NCBI GenBank assembly: GCA_045635245.1
Contig: JAZRBT010000225.1
Span: 1 to 45,414 of the forward strand
Direction of reading: 5' to 3'
Origin: Candidatus Coprenecus sp.
Lineage (GTDB): Bacteria > Bacteroidota > Bacteroidia > Bacteroidales > UBA932
DNA: 45,414 nt
This document shows positions 15,678 to 24,989 of this stretch, in pieces (the stretch's first letter is position 1; each line of letters opens with the position of its first letter). The translations under genes were made by a program, and so were the position numbers. The notes below the pieces were generated by a model, which had not been told where the DNA came from, made no database searches, and saw nothing but the letters and a program-made list of their open reading frames with translations.

Positions 15678-16673
15678 CTATTTTTCCCACTCAAAAGAGT
15701 AAAGAATTGACTCGACTTGTCGCAGATATTTTCTCTTATCGTATTTTGGAGCATATACAAATGCATTGAGGATAATCAGGTTGCGTCTTTCAGAGTCGGG
15801 GAAAACGTGGCAAACAAGAGGACCTCCCATAAAATCGTTCTCAACTTCCCACAAACCACGAATTTCTATCATATTTTTTCCATTGTATGTAATTGAGTTG
15901 AATCCGGGGTCAAGCAGTTTGTTGAAAATCATATAACTGTTTTCTCTCATACCGGGTACATTTGCCTGCCAAAGGTTGTTAAGTGTGGTTTTCAGATTGT
16001 CGGCAGTCAGTTGTTCCTGGTCGGTATAAGGAATCTTGAAGATAAGGATACCTTGGTTTATGTGTGTTGTCTCCTGAGAGATCCACATAAATTCGGGAGT
16101 GTTCTTTTTGATTGAGAATCCGCGGGGGAATATTGGGGATCCACCGATATTTTTGGTAACAGCCTCTTTTACTGTTGCGTCTTCGTAAACTTTGGCGTTT
16201 GTGATAAGGCGATTTCTTTCTGCCTGCTCAATTGAGTTGAAGATCAGCTCCCCGTTCTCCATTAGGATTGATGAGGCTTCTTGTGGGGTTTTTGCATTTA
16301 TGGTGATAACAATCTGTGGTTTTGCCCAGGCGTTTTCTCCTATTTTGATTCCGGCAGTGTCAATACCTGATGAGATATTTATAACAAGGATATTTCTGTG
16401 AACAAGAAATGCTCCGCTGAATTCGCTGTGAGGGGCATTGTATAGATTGAATGCGGGTTCTCTTTGGGGTAGATAAGGATATTCGCTTGCAAGGATGTTA
16501 CGGATAGTGGTTCCCACTTCTCCTTCCCATTGGGCCTTATTGATTATGACCAATACGTCTCCGGCATTTCCGCTGATGCTTGGAAGATATTTTGTACGAT
16601 CAGAGTTGTTCTGGCAAGATGAAAGTGCCACAAGGGCAAAAAGTGCCAATAATATTGTTTTGAAGAATTTCAT
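15678..16673 (-). CDS. Lipoprotein resembling the Bacteroidota DUF4837 family
   Basis: 331 aa. Signal peptide plus lipobox (LVALSSC). The family name is from memory of similar proteins and cannot be verified here. Confidence 0.6.
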   Translation of the reverse strand: MKFFKTILLALFALVALSSCQNNSDRTKYLPSISGNAGDVLVIINKAQWEGEVGTTIRNILASEYPYLPQREPAFNLYNAPHSEFSGAFLVHRNILVINISSGIDTAGIKIGENAWAKPQIVITINAKTPQEASSILMENGELIFNSIEQAERNRLITNAKVYEDATVKEAVTKNIGGSPIFPRGFSIKKNTPEFMWISQETTHINQGILIFKIPYTDQEQLTADNLKTTLNNLWQANVPGMRENSYMIFNKLLDPGFNSITYNGKNMIEIRGLWEVENDFMGGPLVCHVFPDSERRNLIILNAFVYAPKYDKRKYLRQVESILYSFEWEK

Positions 16674-16693
16674 ATACCTTATTTTATATATAG

Positions 16694-18013
16694 TTATCTG
16701 ACTAATCTCATTATGTCGTTTCCGAAAGCGAAAAACATCAGCAAAAATAGGAAAATCATACCGATAATCTGAGCGATTTCCATAAATCTTACCGACGGTT
16801 TGCGTCCTGTTATCATTTCGAACAATGTGAACAGGATGTGTCCTCCGTCAAGAGCGGGTATCGGTAGAAGGTTCATCACTGCCAACATTACCGAAAGGAG
16901 AGCTGTGATATTCCAGAAAAGTTCCCAATTCCAGCTTTTGGGGAAGATGCTGCCTATAGCAATAAAGCTGCCGACAGATTTGTATGCTTCGGTTTTGGGA
17001 GAGAATATCAGGCCCAACTCTTTTATGTAGTTACCTAAAGTTTCAAAAGTTTTTTCAATTCCGGCAGGAATTGCTTCAAAGAAAGAGTAGTTGTGTTGGG
17101 TGATATTTATGGCTGAAAGGTCGGTTTGAAGGAAAATTTCGGCTTTTCCATCTTTGTTTACATTGATTGGGAAGAGGAGTTCTTCACTCTCTCTTTTGAT
17201 AGTCATAACAGCTGTGCTGTCCGCGTAGGGTAGCAGAGAGTTTTGCAAGTCCTTGTAAAACATTGCGCAACTTTCTCCCACTTTCAGGATTTTGTCCCCT
17301 TTTTGCAGCCCTGATGAGAAATTTATGGAAGTGTCTGGAACTCCACCTACTGCAATAGGAGTTCTGAGAAGAAACATTCCGGGAGAATTGAGCATTGCAG
17401 GAATGTATGCGGGATCAATCTCTATATCCAGAGTGTCGCATCCCCTGACAACTGTTACAAAGGAGATATCATTTCTGACAAGTTCCACTTGCAGGTTTGC
17501 GAAATTTTCGGGAACTGCACCTTTATTATATGCAATAATTTTATCTCCGCTACGGAATCCAATCTCTTCAGATAGGTTGTTGACTTCTATACCGTAGACA
17601 GCATCTTCAGTTTTGATATATTCTTCTCCCCAGGTGAATAGAATGGCTGTGTAAAGAACAATGCCCAATATTATATTCATAAGGACTCCGCCTGCCATTA
17701 CGAACAGTCTTTGCCAAGCAGGTTTTGTTCTGAATTCCCAAGGTTGTGGGGGTTGTTTCATCGCCTCTTTGTCCATAGATTCATCTATCATTCCCGAGAT
17801 TTTGCAGAAACCGCCAAGTGGAATCATTCCTATTCCGAATTCTGTGTCACTCTTTTTGGGTTTGTATTTGAAAATGGCAGGGGGAAAGAACAAATAGAAT
17901 TTCTCCACCCTGATTTTGAACAGTCTGGCGAAAATGAAGTGTCCGAATTCGTGTACCAACACGAGTAGGGAGAGTGCTAAAATTACTTGTATTATTCTGA
18001 TTATTATATCCAT
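16694..18013 (-). CDS. rseP: RIP (site-2) zinc metalloprotease RseP
   Basis: 439 aa. HEFGH in the first TM helix (LVHEFGHFIFA), central PDZ-like regions, and NLLPIPALDGGH near the C-terminus. Confidence 0.92.
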   Translation of the reverse strand: MDIIIRIIQVILALSLLVLVHEFGHFIFARLFKIRVEKFYLFFPPAIFKYKPKKSDTEFGIGMIPLGGFCKISGMIDESMDKEAMKQPPQPWEFRTKPAWQRLFVMAGGVLMNIILGIVLYTAILFTWGEEYIKTEDAVYGIEVNNLSEEIGFRSGDKIIAYNKGAVPENFANLQVELVRNDISFVTVVRGCDTLDIEIDPAYIPAMLNSPGMFLLRTPIAVGGVPDTSINFSSGLQKGDKILKVGESCAMFYKDLQNSLLPYADSTAVMTIKRESEELLFPINVNKDGKAEIFLQTDLSAINITQHNYSFFEAIPAGIEKTFETLGNYIKELGLIFSPKTEAYKSVGSFIAIGSIFPKSWNWELFWNITALLSVMLAVMNLLPIPALDGGHILFTLFEMITGRKPSVRFMEIAQIIGMIFLFLLMFFAFGNDIMRLVR

Positions 18014-18015
18014 AT

Positions 18016-19170
18016 CTATTTTATAAGTGATAATGCTATTTCTCTTGTGTGCAAGTCTGACTGGAATATTTGTTCCAATGTGGGGGCTTGGATGAAGAGA
18101 CTCTTTTCAATGGTTTTTTCCACTATGTGTGGAATGGCAGTGAATTTTATTCTTTCGTTCAAAAAGGCATCTACCGCTATTTCGTTGGCTGCGTTGAGGA
18201 TACAGGGGGCGTTGCCTCCTTTGTTGATGGCCTCGAGAGCCATTGTCAGACAAGGAAATTTGGTGAGATCCGGGCTTTCAAAAGTAAGTGAACCCAATTT
18301 GAAAAAATCTACCCTCGGGATATCCAGGTTTTTCCTGTGGGGATAGGTCAGTGCATATTGTATGGGCAGGCGCATATCGGGCATATTCATCTGGGCGATG
18401 ATGGAACCATCTGCAAATGATACCATACTGTGAATGATGGATTGTGGGTGTATCACGATTTTTATCTTGTCAGGGGCTACATTGAACAGCCATCTTGCCT
18501 CTATGAGTTCAAAGCCTTTATTCATCAGGGTAGATGAATCGACGGTGATTTTTTTACCCATTTTCCATCTGGGGTGATTGATTGCCTGTGCTACGGTTAC
18601 ATTTTCGAGTTGTTCGACAGGAGTGTTAAGGAATGGTCCTCCCGATGCGGTCAGGAAGATATTTTCGATAGGGGAACATTCTCCCTGAAGGGCCTGGAAT
18701 ATAGCCGAATGTTCTGAATCGACAGGGAGGATGGTTGCTCCATATTTTGAAGCACTCTCCATAATGAACTCTCCTGCAGCCACTACCGGCTCTTTGTTGG
18801 CAATAGCGACGGTGATACCTTTCTTTATGGCAGTGAGGGTGGGGGCCAATCCGCTGAATCCCACCATTGCAGTAAGGACAAGGTCTATATCGTTGCACTC
18901 CTCGATAAAGGTGGAGATGGCATCATTTCCTGCAAGGACATTTACATTGAATGGAGCCAGACTCTCCTTTGTCTCTGTATAAAGGTCCGGGTTGCCGATG
19001 ATTATATTTTTGACTCCGAATTCAATGGCTTGTCTGACCAATAGTGAGGAGTTGTTGTTTGCACAAAGCAAAATGACTTCAAATGACTCCCTGTTGGCTC
19101 TGACAACATCGAGTGCTTGAGTTCCAATTGTTCCGGTAGAACCTAAAATGGCAATCCTCTTTTTATTCAT
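18016..19170 (-). CDS. dxr: 1-deoxy-D-xylulose-5-phosphate reductoisomerase
   Basis: 384 aa. N-terminal GSTGTIGTQALDV NADPH-binding motif, LANKE-type block (IANKEPVV), and DSEHSAIFQ. Confidence 0.94.
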   Translation of the reverse strand: MNKKRIAILGSTGTIGTQALDVVRANRESFEVILLCANNNSSLLVRQAIEFGVKNIIIGNPDLYTETKESLAPFNVNVLAGNDAISTFIEECNDIDLVLTAMVGFSGLAPTLTAIKKGITVAIANKEPVVAAGEFIMESASKYGATILPVDSEHSAIFQALQGECSPIENIFLTASGGPFLNTPVEQLENVTVAQAINHPRWKMGKKITVDSSTLMNKGFELIEARWLFNVAPDKIKIVIHPQSIIHSMVSFADGSIIAQMNMPDMRLPIQYALTYPHRKNLDIPRVDFFKLGSLTFESPDLTKFPCLTMALEAINKGGNAPCILNAANEIAVDAFLNERIKFTAIPHIVEKTIEKSLFIQAPTLEQIFQSDLHTREIALSLIK

Positions 19171-19180
19171 TATTGTCGGT

Positions 19181-20038
19181 TTAGAAGTTTATATATAGGC
19201 TGGGGTCAATGGGCTCACCTTTATGCCACAATTCAAAATGGAGGTGGGGGCCGGTGCTAAGGCTCCCTGCATTTCCTGCAAGGGAAATGGTGGTTCCGGC
19301 AGTAACTTTGTCTCCTACATTCTTGAGCAGTTTGGTGTTGTGTTTGTAGATAGATACAAGGTCGTTACTGTGCTGAATCTGAATATTGTAACCTGTGTCG
19401 TCGCTCCAGTAGGCAGCAATCACCGAGCCATCCAGAACTGAACAGATGGCACTGCCGTCCTTAATGGCAATGTCGATGTATGGGTGACCTGCAGCGGGGT
19501 TATACCCCTGAGTAATAACCCCTTTTACGGGGGTGAAGAACAGCAATCCTTCTATTTGTTCGATATTTCTGCTATTGGAGAGGTTGTATCTCTCTATCGA
19601 ATCGACTTTGTGTCGGAGAATCGAGTCGGCAATGTTCTCTCCCAAAAGGAGTTTCTCTGCTTGTTCCACTTTTCCGATATTTAGCAGACTGTCAATGGGA
19701 AGGGGTGCTTCCCCATTGATGATTCTTTGGATATTGGTAAGTTGGATGGTCATTACCCGTATGCGGCTTTCCAACGAATCGACTTTGGTCGCATTTTCCA
19801 CAGCAGCTCTCTGGGTCTGGTATGAGGGGTAGCCCGGCAACACCTGTTTGAGTGGTGTGTATGCTATGATGCTGAAGATAAGTGCGCATAGCACTCCCAG
19901 CGACAAGATACCCAATATCAGTACTTTCAGTGCCGAGGCTTTGACTCTGAAGAGATTCTCGTGAGTCTGGTCATTGACAATGACAAAACGATAAATCTTG
20001 GAAAGTCTTTTTTTTATATTTTTAAATTTCTTTGACAT
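19181..20038 (-). CDS. M23-family metallopeptidase, membrane-anchored
   Basis: 285 aa with an N-terminal TM helix. C-terminal HxxxD-like AGHPYIDI and GPHLHFELW motifs of LytM/M23 peptidases. Confidence 0.88.
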   Translation of the reverse strand: MSKKFKNIKKRLSKIYRFVIVNDQTHENLFRVKASALKVLILGILSLGVLCALIFSIIAYTPLKQVLPGYPSYQTQRAAVENATKVDSLESRIRVMTIQLTNIQRIINGEAPLPIDSLLNIGKVEQAEKLLLGENIADSILRHKVDSIERYNLSNSRNIEQIEGLLFFTPVKGVITQGYNPAAGHPYIDIAIKDGSAICSVLDGSVIAAYWSDDTGYNIQIQHSNDLVSIYKHNTKLLKNVGDKVTAGTTISLAGNAGSLSTGPHLHFELWHKGEPIDPSLYINF

Positions 20039-20050
20039 AAACTAATTGAC

Positions 20051-20058
20051 TAAATTTG
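20051..20058 (+). promoter_or_regulatory. -7 box TAAATTTG immediately upstream of ruvX
   Basis: Exact TAnnTTTG match ending only 4 nt before ATG 20063. Confidence 0.3.
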
Positions 20059-20062
20059 CAGA

Positions 20063-20488
20063 ATGAATCGAATAATCGGGATAGACTACGGATTGAAAAG
20101 AACGGGGATAGCAATCTCCGATCCTTTAGGTATTTTTGCCTCACCCGTCGAAACTGTTCCATCTGCAAAGATAATTGAATATCTCAAAAATTATACTGCA
20201 AAAGAGCAGATTGGACTATTTGTCGTGGGGTATCCAATGAATATGAACAACACCCCTTCAGAAGCGGCACGATATGTGGATACATTCCTGAAGCAATTGA
20301 AGAAGAATTTTCCTCAAATCCCTGTAGAACTGGAAGATGAGAGGTTTACATCAGTGCTTGCACACCGTTCAATGATTGATGGTGGAATGAAAAAGATGGC
20401 TCGCAGGGACAAATCGGTTGTGGATAAAATCAGCGCCGGAATCATTCTTCAGAGCTATCTCGATAGAAAAAGTGGAAATATAATTTAG
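20063..20488 (+). CDS. ruvX: Holliday-junction resolvase-like nuclease RuvX (YqgF)
   Basis: 141 aa. MNRIIGIDYGLKRTGIAISD is a typical YqgF N-terminus, and ...DERFTS... is also present. Confidence 0.9.
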   Translation: MNRIIGIDYGLKRTGIAISDPLGIFASPVETVPSAKIIEYLKNYTAKEQIGLFVVGYPMNMNNTPSEAARYVDTFLKQLKKNFPQIPVELEDERFTSVLAHRSMIDGGMKKMARRDKSVVDKISAGIILQSYLDRKSGNII

Positions 20489-20495
20489 TTGGAAT

Positions 20496-21062
20496 ATGAT
20501 ATTACCTATTTATGTATATGGTTCTGATGTGCTTAGAGCAAAGGCGGAGCCAATGGATATAGCAACAGTGAATAAAGAAGAGTTGCAAAAACTTGTGGCT
20601 GATATGTTTGAAACAATGTACAATGCTGAGGGTGTGGGACTTGCAGCTCCTCAGATTGGAAAAAGTATCAGATTGCTGGTTGTCGATGGCAATGAGGCTG
20701 CAGAGACATATCCTTATCTTAAAGGATTCAAAAGGGTGATGATTAACCCTGAAGTGATAGAGGAGAGTGAAGATACATTGGTTTATGGTGAGGGTTGTTT
20801 GAGTGTTCCCAATATCCATTGCGATGTTACCCGTCCAAAATCTATGACAGTGAGATATTATGACGAAAACCTTGAGCCAAAAGAGGAGTTTCTGGATGAA
20901 TTTGCTTGTCGTATGGTGCAGCACGAAATGGACCATTTGGAAGGAAATCTTTTTGTGGATCACGCTGCTCCTATCAGAAAGAAAATGATAATGAGTAAGT
21001 TGCATAATATCTCTAAAGGCAAGACTGCCACATTCTATAAAACAAAACTCGCAAAACAGTAA
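20496..21062 (+). CDS. def: Peptide deformylase
   Basis: 188 aa. All three signature motifs are present: GVGLAAPQIG, EGCLS and HEMDHL. Confidence 0.95.
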   Translation: MILPIYVYGSDVLRAKAEPMDIATVNKEELQKLVADMFETMYNAEGVGLAAPQIGKSIRLLVVDGNEAAETYPYLKGFKRVMINPEVIEESEDTLVYGEGCLSVPNIHCDVTRPKSMTVRYYDENLEPKEEFLDEFACRMVQHEMDHLEGNLFVDHAAPIRKKMIMSKLHNISKGKTATFYKTKLAKQ

Positions 21063-21074
21063 AATACTTCGGAT

Positions 21075-22478
21075 ATGAAGATTAAAGCATTTCACGCATA
21101 CGATATCAGAGGAAAATATAATATCGACTTTGATAAGGATATAGTATATAAAGTAGGATATTTCTTGCCCGAGTTGCTTGGAGCGCAGAGTGTGGCAGTG
21201 GGAAGGGATATGCGTGTTTCTTCTGATGAGATTCATCAATATCTGTTGAAAGGGATAACCGATGCCGGTGCAGATGTGTATGATTTGGGTCTGGCTACCA
21301 CTCCTTATGTCTATTATGCAACTGCTGCAAAAGGATTCAAGGCCTCTGTTCAAATTACTGCATCACATAATCCCAAAAGTGACAATGGATTGAAGGTCTC
21401 GCGTGAAAATGCTCTCCCTGTAGGGTATGATACAGGATTGGGAACCATTGAAAAATGGATTCTTGAAGGAAAGGAGATTCTTCCAAAAGAAAAAAGGGGA
21501 GTGGTCTATCCTTTGGATATCAGAGAGGAATATCTTTCGTTTCAAAAACAATATTTGGGTTCATTGGAAGGTTTGAAAATTGCGATGGACCTTTCAAATG
21601 GAGCCTCTGCTCTGTTTGTCAAAGAACTCTTTGGGGATAATGTCCATTATATTTGTGACCAGATGGATGGTAATTTCCCTTGTCACGAGCCTAATCCGTT
21701 AGTGGCTGAGAATCGTCAGATGCTTAAGGAGTATCTTCTTGAAAACAAGTGTGATATAGGGGTTATCTATGATGGGGATGCAGACAGGGTTATGTTTATT
21801 GACGAAAGAGGGGAATTTATATCACCCGATTTGATGATAGCTCTTTTGGGACAATTCTTTGTTGGGGGAATTGGAACATCGGCTGCTGCTGAGTCGAGAA
21901 GAAAGATAATGGCTGCTGAGGGCGCTCAGAAGATAGATGCCCTTCAGGATATTCGCAGTTCAAAGGCGATAGGTGAGTATCTTGTTCCAATGGGTGTTAC
22001 CATCAACACCTGGAAGGTAGGCAGAGCCTATGCCGCTCCCCGTCTGAGAGATATAGGTGGTCTTTTTGGTGGAGAATTGGCCGGTCACTACTATTTCAAA
22101 GATTTCTACTATTCTGACAGCGGAATAATGGCTTCTCTTATAATTCTCGATATCGTCGCAGAGTTTCACCGTAAGGGCCGCACAGTTTCCCAATTGATTG
22201 GAGAGATTGAAAAGTATTGCAATTCAGGAGAAATCAACTTCAAAATCGACCGTAAACAGGAGGCGATGGATGCAGTAAGAGATTATTTCCTTAGCAAGGA
22301 AAGTGCTGTGGCACAATACGATTTTGACGGATACAGAGTAGAATTCCCGGATTGGTGGTTCAATATCCGCCCTTCCAATACAGAGCCTTACTTGAGATTC
22401 TTGTGCGAAGCGTCAACTGCTGAACTGCTCGATGAGAAAGTTTCTAAAGTTCGGGAGATTGTTGAGGGTTTGATGTAA
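21075..22478 (+). CDS. Phosphomannomutase/phosphoglucomutase (alpha-D-phosphohexomutase)
   Basis: 467 aa. FHAYDIRG N-terminus, active-site TASHNP, and metal loop DGDADR. Confidence 0.88.
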   Translation: MKIKAFHAYDIRGKYNIDFDKDIVYKVGYFLPELLGAQSVAVGRDMRVSSDEIHQYLLKGITDAGADVYDLGLATTPYVYYATAAKGFKASVQITASHNPKSDNGLKVSRENALPVGYDTGLGTIEKWILEGKEILPKEKRGVVYPLDIREEYLSFQKQYLGSLEGLKIAMDLSNGASALFVKELFGDNVHYICDQMDGNFPCHEPNPLVAENRQMLKEYLLENKCDIGVIYDGDADRVMFIDERGEFISPDLMIALLGQFFVGGIGTSAAAESRRKIMAAEGAQKIDALQDIRSSKAIGEYLVPMGVTINTWKVGRAYAAPRLRDIGGLFGGELAGHYYFKDFYYSDSGIMASLIILDIVAEFHRKGRTVSQLIGEIEKYCNSGEINFKIDRKQEAMDAVRDYFLSKESAVAQYDFDGYRVEFPDWWFNIRPSNTEPYLRFLCEASTAELLDEKVSKVREIVEGLM

Positions 22479-22483
22479 ATCGT

Positions 22484-23014
22484 TTACAACAAACCTTCTG
22501 AGATTTCGAGGGTAATTTCTTTTGATTCAATATCTAAATCGATAAGCAACTCATCATGATAGGGGATATATGAGTCGAGGTTTTCGATTTCGAAGCAGAT
22601 GTTGCCAGAGAAGTCGTGGATGTATGTGATGAGACCAACCAGGTTGTCGTTTTGGTCAAATAATTTGAAGCCTGCAAGGTCTTCAATGGTGAGATTTTCT
22701 TCGGTAAGTTCAGTCTCTTGTGAAAGTTCGCTATAATCTTTAGGATCAATATAGATTTTCTGTCCGACAATTTCTTCTGCTCGGGACATTGTGTTGATGT
22801 CTGTCAGTCGGACAAGGGCTTTGCGTGTTCCCTTAGTTTCGAATGATTCAACAAAAAAAGGGACCGGTAATCCGTCAAAAAACAGAAATACCGGTCTTTT
22901 TTCGTCAAAGTAATCATAGGCTTCAGCGGAAAAGTTAATAATTACCTCTCCTTCAGTGCCGTATGACTTTTGCACCTGTGCGATTTGAAGCAATGTATCT
23001 GGTGCAGGGAACAT
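22484..23014 (-). CDS. rimM: Ribosome maturation factor RimM
   Basis: 176 aa. Lies 3 nt downstream of rpsP, which is the classic rpsP-rimM order. GTEGEVII...PVFLFFDGLPVPFFVE fits the RimM/PRC-barrel pattern. Confidence 0.85.
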   Translation of the reverse strand: MFPAPDTLLQIAQVQKSYGTEGEVIINFSAEAYDYFDEKRPVFLFFDGLPVPFFVESFETKGTRKALVRLTDINTMSRAEEIVGQKIYIDPKDYSELSQETELTEENLTIEDLAGFKLFDQNDNLVGLITYIHDFSGNICFEIENLDSYIPYHDELLIDLDIESKEITLEISEGLL

Positions 23015-23017
23015 AAA

Positions 23018-23569
23018 TTATTCCTCTGTTTTTACTTCACCTTCAGTAGCTTCTTGTGCTGCTGCCTCAGCTGCTGCTGCAGCTGCTGCTTCTTGTGCAG
23101 CTAGAGCTTCTTCAGCTTTTCTTTTGCTGATAGCTTCTGCTCTTTCTTGGTTTACTTTAGCTTCTGCGCTAAGAAGTTCTTTAGCGACAGCTTTTTTAGC
23201 TTCTTTGATTCCAAGTTTCTTAGCTGAAAGTTTGTTATCTTTTTCAGCTTTCCAAGCGTTGAATCTTTGTTCAGCAACTTCTGCTGTGATAGCGCCTTTC
23301 TTAACACCACCTTCCAAGTGTTTCTTTAGAAGGATACCTTCGTATGAAAGGATTCTACGACAAGTGTCGGTAGGTTGAGCACCACAATTTAGCCAATAAA
23401 GAGCTCTGTCGCCTTTAAGGTTGATGGTTGCAGGGTTGGTGTTAGGATTGTAAGAGCCAATTTGCTCAATGAAACGTCCGTCACGAGGAGCGCGAACATC
23501 TGCCACTACAATGTGAAAGAATGCGTGATTCTTTTTACCGTGGCGTGCTAAACGAATTTTAACTGCCAT
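23018..23569 (-). CDS. rpsP: 30S ribosomal protein S16 with long Ala/Lys/Glu-rich C-terminal extension
   Basis: 183 aa. [42 protein letters not shown] is a canonical S16 core. Residues from about 95 to 183 are low complexity. Confidence 0.95.
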   Translation of the reverse strand: MAVKIRLARHGKKNHAFFHIVVADVRAPRDGRFIEQIGSYNPNTNPATINLKGDRALYWLNCGAQPTDTCRRILSYEGILLKKHLEGGVKKGAITAEVAEQRFNAWKAEKDNKLSAKKLGIKEAKKAVAKELLSAEAKVNQERAEAISKRKAEEALAAQEAAAAAAAEAAAQEATEGEVKTEE

Positions 23570-23631
23570 TTTAAGGTCTTTAAATAAAAATTAATAAATT
23601 AAACCTCCTTATCTTCACGAGAAAAGGCTCG

Positions 23632-23662
23632 CAAATATACTCCCTTTTTTTAATTTGCCAAA
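23632..23662 (-). promoter_or_regulatory. Full-consensus promoter TTTG-N19-TATATTTG for rpsP-rimM
   Basis: Minus strand: TTTG at 23662-23659, a 19-nt spacer, and TATATTTG at 23639-23632. The leader to ATG 23569 is about 55 nt. Confidence 0.6.
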
Positions 23663-23691
23663 AATAATAGTGCTTATTTTGAGAATCTTAA

Positions 23692-24003
23692 CTATTTGGC
23701 GGGCTGCCAACCTCCCCCAAGTGCTTTGTAAAGTTTGGGGTCGATTGTGAAAAGAATATCATTTTTCTTGATATATCTTCCCTCTTCAAAGTGCATCTGC
23801 TCGAGATATCCCTCCACTCTGGGATAGACAGGGGGAGTCGCTTTGGGCCAGTTTGTTATAACAATTAAGGCAATGATGATTAGAATGATGGCGGCAAGAA
23901 TATATTTTATCCTTTTGGGATGTAACGATTTTGCACTTTTAACTTTTGAGGCAATTTTATTTCCTGTTTCAGTAAGTCGTTCGGTTGGGATATTAATTTG
24001 CAT
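23692..24003 (-). pseudogene. 5' remnant of a HlyD/EmrA-type membrane-fusion (efflux adaptor) gene
   Basis: The 103-aa ORF has a cytoplasmic N-terminus, a TM helix (ILAAIILIIIALIVI) and the start of the lipoyl-like hairpin (VEGYLEQMHFEEGRYIKKNDILFTIDPKLYKA). It then ends after GGGWQPAK. Full-length adaptors are about 330-400 aa, and only 122 bp, containing the rpsP promoter, follow. Confidence 0.55.
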
Positions 24004-24005
24004 AC

Positions 24006-24061
24006 AATACCATATTATATTAGCGTGTATCTCTTTTCAAAAATCGTGATAATATGGTATT
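24006..24061. repeat. 13-bp perfect inverted repeat with 30-nt spacer
   Basis: AATACCATATTAT (24006-24018) and ATAATATGGTATT (24049-24061). It sits between the menA stop (24087) and the start of the HlyD remnant (24003). No U-tail is present. Confidence 0.7.
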
Positions 24062-24086
24062 TTTTTAACTTATTGAGTAATTATTT

Positions 24087-24989
24087 TTACTGAGAAATTA
24101 GGCATATACAGGTTAATATCCCGTATATCAGAATGTTGGAAGAAGTCTCTCCAAGTAAAATATTTAACTCTTTTCCTGTGGTGCGCGCCATTCTTGAACA
24201 AGTGTGAAGGGCTCTTAGTGTGTAGAACAATATCGGCAAAGAGTGATATGGTGATTTTATGTGAGCGATGGCAACCATTGTCAGAGCAGTTGCCAGGATA
24301 ACAGAGAGGGCATATAACCACAATCCGAATTTTGGTCCGAAATGGACGATAAGGGTTTTCTTGCCGCTTTTCCGGTCCTGCTCATAGTCTCTGTAATTGT
24401 TTACAACCAACAAAGTATCGATGGCTGCTCCGCATCCGATTCCAAGAAGGGTGGTGCTGAGGGTCCATTGGGCGTCGGTAAGGAGATAATATGTAAATCC
24501 TACCGGTACAATACCAAAAAAGAGATACACCAACACATCGCCCAAACCCTTATATGACAGATGTGTAGTGTAAAGAAAGGCAAATGCTACGCAGGCAATA
24601 CCTACAAGTATCAGGCGCATATCTGCCATAAGAGCCAAAGGAAGACCTGCAAGGCAACTGAGAACAGTGGTGATGAGAATACCTCTTTTCATCGCTGTGG
24701 GGGTTATCCAGCCTTGAGCACAAGCCCTCTCGGGACCGAGTCTGTCTTCCCTGTCAGTCCCTTTTTTATAATCGAAATAGTCGTTGATCAGATTTGCATC
24801 TATTTGCATCAGCAGAGCAAACAATAAAGCCGGCAGGAATATCCTCCATTGGAATACTCCTGTGCCGGCTGATATGTCGATGTATGCCAAAACAGCCCCT
24901 ATTAGAACAGGGATAGCTGCCCCCGAAAGTGTCTTTATACGGCAGGCGAGAAACCAGGCTCTGGGCGAGTTTTGTCCGACTTTTTCCAT
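24087..24989 (-). CDS. menA: 1,4-dihydroxy-2-naphthoate polyprenyltransferase (UbiA family)
   Basis: 300 aa, polytopic. NDYFDYKKGTD and a second Asp-rich motif (NNYRDYEQD) are typical of MenA. Confidence 0.88.
   Translation of the reverse strand: MEKVGQNSPRAWFLACRIKTLSGAAIPVLIGAVLAYIDISAGTGVFQWRIFLPALLFALLMQIDANLINDYFDYKKGTDREDRLGPERACAQGWITPTAMKRGILITTVLSCLAGLPLALMADMRLILVGIACVAFAFLYTTHLSYKGLGDVLVYLFFGIVPVGFTYYLLTDAQWTLSTTLLGIGCGAAIDTLLVVNNYRDYEQDRKSGKKTLIVHFGPKFGLWLYALSVILATALTMVAIAHIKSPYHSLPILFYTLRALHTCSRMARTTGKELNILLGETSSNILIYGILTCICLISQ

Noticed and set aside
20502-21353. 283-aa ORF on the minus strand spanning def and the start of the phosphohexomutase gene
   Set aside because: It is entirely antisense to two genes with unambiguous catalytic motifs. 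Its sequence is low complexity and rich in Cys, His, Ile and Phe, typical of the shadow frame of AT-rich coding DNA. It has no promoter box and no recognisable motif.
23030-23110. GCT/GCA-rich tandem-like repeats
   Set aside because: They encode the Ala/Glu-rich low-complexity tail of ribosomal protein S16 (..[18 protein letters not shown]..). This is a coding composition effect, not an independent repeat element.
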